Shown: one piece after another, positions 61,121 through 64,000 of the stretch
Layout: each line of letters begins with the position of its first letter
Numbering within the stretch: the stretch's first letter is position 1
Origin: Chiloscyllium plagiosum
Lineage: Eukaryota
NCBI RefSeq assembly: GCF_004010195.1
Contig: NC_057739.1
Coordinates: 1,496,181 to 1,560,180 of the forward strand
Direction: 5' to 3'
DNA: 64,000 nucleotides
The notes under the pieces: generated by a model
Told to the model about the DNA's origin: nothing
Database searches by the model: none
Seen by the model: only the letters and a program-made list of their open reading frames with translations
Translations under genes and position numbers: made by a program

Positions 61121-61459
61121 AGCTCCAGCCCGGGGGGGCGTCCCGCCGGCTCCACGGCCCCCAATGCGCCGGGGGGCGGGGGTAAAGGGATCGGCTGCCG
61201 ATCCTGGGGCTCCCTCGCTCTGATTCCCGGAGCGCTCTCTCTCTCCCTCTCTCTGCGGCGCCGGCTGCCTCCGAGAGCCGCTCCCGGCGGTGTCCGCCCC
61301 CACCCCCCCCTTCTCCTCTCCGAGGCCCGGGCTCGCTCTCTCTCTCGGTGGCTCCCCGCTTCCTGTCCGAGGCCGGCGCTCTCTGTGTCGGGGGGGGGGG
61401 GGGGGGGGTGAGGGGGGGCCTGCTCGCTCTCAGTCTCCGCTCCCTCTCCCGGCCTCGCG

Positions 61460-61494
<35 letters not shown>

Positions 61495-61681
61495 CAGGCC
61501 CCGCTCGAGCGGGTGGCCGGCCGGGCGCGCTCGCGCTCTCCCTCCGAGTTCAAACCCTACTTTCCGTTACCAGGCTCTGGCCGCCCCCTGCCGCCGATGG
61601 AGCTTTTGACGGGCGCGCGGGAGATTACCATGACAATGGAACGCTGGGCGCCTCGGGATTCCACAGTGCAGGCGAATCACA

Positions 61682-61780
61682 CCCCGCCGCCCATCCCCCC
61701 CCTCGCCGCTGCACTCTGATTGGCCGAGGACCCACGTGGTGCATGTACGGTCCTTGTTTTGCAATGACAGGTGGGCGGTG
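61682..61780 (-). promoter_or_regulatory. Candidate NRARP proximal promoter elements (GC boxes, CCAAT box, E-box)
   Basis: CCAAT on the minus strand (plus attgg 61719-61723), CACGTG at 61733-61738, GC-box-like ccccgcc at about 61682 and gggcgg at about 61773. Confidence 0.5.
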
Positions 61781-61808
61781 CCTGAGTTAATTCATTAAAA
61801 TTCTGGAG

Positions 61809-61839
61809 CGTGGGAACCAAGAGAGCAGATCTTCCCAGA
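61809..61839. promoter_or_regulatory. CSL/RBPJ site with possible head-to-head partner (sequence-paired site)
   Basis: Perfect CGTGGGAA at 61809-61816, a 15-nt spacer, then TTCCCAGA at 61832-61839 (one mismatch to TTCCCACR). Lies upstream of a known Notch target gene. Confidence 0.6.
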
Positions 61840-61844
61840 GAGAA

Positions 61845-62070
61845 ATACACACAGATACTCAGATCAAAACACAGATATTCAGATAGTTATTCAGATAAAA
61901 ACGGATATTCGAATAAAAATAGAAATATTTAGATATAGGTATATTCACAAAGGTTCTAATCCACTGATAATCGGACACACATAGAGAAAGTTGTCACACA
62001 ATTCAGATAGTGACTGGCAGCTGGACACACAATTCAGATCGACACATGAAAATATATAAATATTCAGATT
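61845..62070. repeat. Degenerate short-period tandem repeat (attcagata-like) at the edge of the NRARP promoter
   Basis: Repeated cagatattcagata / tattcagataa / gatattcgaata words. Confidence 0.55.
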
Positions 62071-64000
62071 AGAAAGAAATAGTTGGAGACCATTCATCCC
62101 CTTGAACTTGCTCTATCATTCTGTATAATCATGTTTGATCTTCGGCTTCAATTCCACTTAACCACTGACTCTCCATGTCCCTCGATTCCCTTAGAGACCA
62201 AACATCTGTCAATCCCAGCCTTGAATGAAAGTAACAGTGGAGAGGATATACTCTACCCTCTCTGGTAGAGAATTTCAAAGGCTCATAATTTTTTCTTCAT
62301 CTAAATCTTAAGCAATCAGGCCCTTATCATGAGACAGTGCTCCACCTACCAACACATGCATACCAGAGAAATGATGTGGACCATGGCATACTCTTATAGA
62401 ATAAGAAAAAGAAACAGGCGTAGGCCATTCAGCCCCTCAAGCCTGATTACCATTCAATGAGATCATGTCTAAGCCCACATTCCTCATATCAATTTGCCTG
62501 TCCTTTCTCCATAATGCTTGATTCCCCAACTGAAGAATTTATCTATCTCAGCCTTTGATATACACAGAGACTCTGTCCCTCACCATTCTCTGTGGCAAGG
62601 AATTCCAAAGACTCTCAACCCTCTTGGAGAAGAAATTCTTCCTCATCTTAGTCTTAAATTGGCATCCCTTAAATCTGACATTTACGCTCCCTCATCCTAA
62701 ACTCTTTTATAAGGGGAAACATCTGCGCAGCAAAGACCCTGTCAAGCCCCTTAAGAACAACTCCCATGAACAGTCCTAACCTGTTCAGCCTTTGCTCGTA
62801 AGACAATCCCTCCGCACCAGGGATTATTCTAGTGAACACTCTTTGAACTGCTTCCAATGATATCTTTCGTTAAAGGGGACTAAAACTGCTCACAGTACTC
62901 CAGATGTAGTTTCACCAACATGCTGTACAGTTGCAGTAAAACTTGGTTTTCTTGTAATCCATATCTGTTAAATTAAGGGCCAACATTCCGTTAGCCTTCC
63001 TGATTACCTGCTACACCTGTGTGTTAGCTTTCTGTGCTTCCTGTTAACTCCAGAAAATGTGTACCCTAATTTACTTAAACTCATTATAAGCCATTTGAGG
63101 GATCAGTTATGTGCACTTTGCTATACTGCTTTCAATGCAAGTTTAGTCTTCTTTAAATACAGAGAACAAAACTGTACATGCTATTGCACATGCAATCTCA
63201 CCAAAGTACTGCACAATGTTAGGAAGATTTCCTCCAACTCCTTTGCACAAAAAGCCATAGGTTTTCCTAGTTGCTTGCTATATCTGCACACTAACTTTAT
63301 GTACAAAGTTAAAATCACACAACACCAAGTTATAGTCCAACAGGTTTAATTGGGAGTACACTAGCTTTTGGAGCATCGCTCCTTCATCAGGTGATAGTGG
63401 AGGGCTCAATCCTGTTAGGATTGAGCCCTCCACTATCACCTGATGAAGGAGCGTGCACCCAATTAAACCTGTTGGACTATAACCTAGTGTTGTGTGATTT
63501 TTAACTTTGTACACTCCAGTCCAACACCGGCATCTCCAAATCATAACTTTATGTAGCCTGGGTACATGCATATTCACATCTCTCTGAACATCAACAATTT
63601 TTCTCCAAAAATGTAATTTTATTTATAAATGTTTCAGGACAGCAGAATTTTAAGAATCTCAACTTGAATAGAACTTGCAAAAAAAGTCAATGTGTACAGT
63701 CTTAACAGTCTTCATGTTTAGGAAATAGATACCACATTAGGGATGCAGCCTGAGTGCAAAATCTTTCAAATTCTAAATACTGCAATCATTATAAAGTTCT
63801 CCACAGAACATGCTTCATTCTGAGGTGCCTCAATACATTTTCAACATTCTTGATTTACAAATTACATGGTGTGAAGCACAAGCCTACTACGTGGAACCTT
63901 ATCAAAGGCCTTACTGAAATCCATATTTACTATGTCTATCGCCTTGCCCTCGTCAACCTTGCAGGTCACTCCATCAAAGAACTCAAACAAATTTGTGAGG
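62070..64000 (-). mobile_element. CR1 fragments (minus strand) upstream of NRARP
   Basis: ORF 62669..62857 (MEAVQRVFTRIIPG). A MDFSKAFDKVP remnant lies at about 63890-63925. Confidence 0.75.
63304..63543. mobile_element. Palindromic Penelope-derived short element (family C, same family as the 2390-4686 termini)
   Basis: Perfect 37-bp inner inverted repeat cgctccttcatcaggtgatagtggagggctcaatcct-gtt-aggattgagccctccactatcacctgatgaaggagcg plus outer arms. 12-bp TSD taactttatgta at 63292-63303 and 63544-63555. Confidence 0.88.

Larger units (their letters stand above)
60380..61820. promoter_or_regulatory. CpG island covering NRARP CDS, 5' UTR and promoter
   Basis: Abrupt rise in GC and CpG density relative to the CpG-depleted flanks. 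Contains poly-G runs and (CT)n/(GT)n microsatellites at about 61460-61495. Confidence 0.85.

Noticed and set aside
60671-61790. Long overlapping ORFs (246, 267, 130, 166 and 123 aa) and the 174-aa N-terminally extended version of NRARP
   Set aside because: These are stop-poor shadows of a GC-rich island. The extension starts at a non-ATG codon and runs through low-complexity UTR, and homology begins at ATG 61120.

Overview
This is repeat-dense vertebrate genomic DNA, most likely from a shark or other elasmobranch, inferred from HE1-type tRNA SINEs, HER1/CR1 LINEs and Penelope-like families. Two host genes are supported, both on the minus strand. The first is four consecutive coding exons of a NOXA1-like (p67phox/NCF2-family) NADPH-oxidase activator at 24834-24726, 16152-16018, 10653-10546 and 9129-9070. 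They splice in frame with canonical GT-AG sites; I could not find its first two exons or its downstream exons. The second is an intact single-exon NRARP-like ankyrin gene (61120-60779) in a CpG island, with an upstream CSL/RBPJ site that may be a paired site. Most of the rest is nested transposon debris: CR1/HER1, a second LINE family (L2/Crack-like), a Tx1/L1-like LINE, HE1 SINEs, a solo LTR and a Tigger-like MITE. The most striking non-genic signal is at least three families of short Penelope-derived elements, many palindromic and flanked by 11-15 bp target-site duplications (TSDs), that carry minimal hammerhead-ribozyme cores. There are three assembly gaps (1069-1230, 4976-4988, 31142-31641). 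All family assignments are by eye from remembered consensus motifs; no searches were run.
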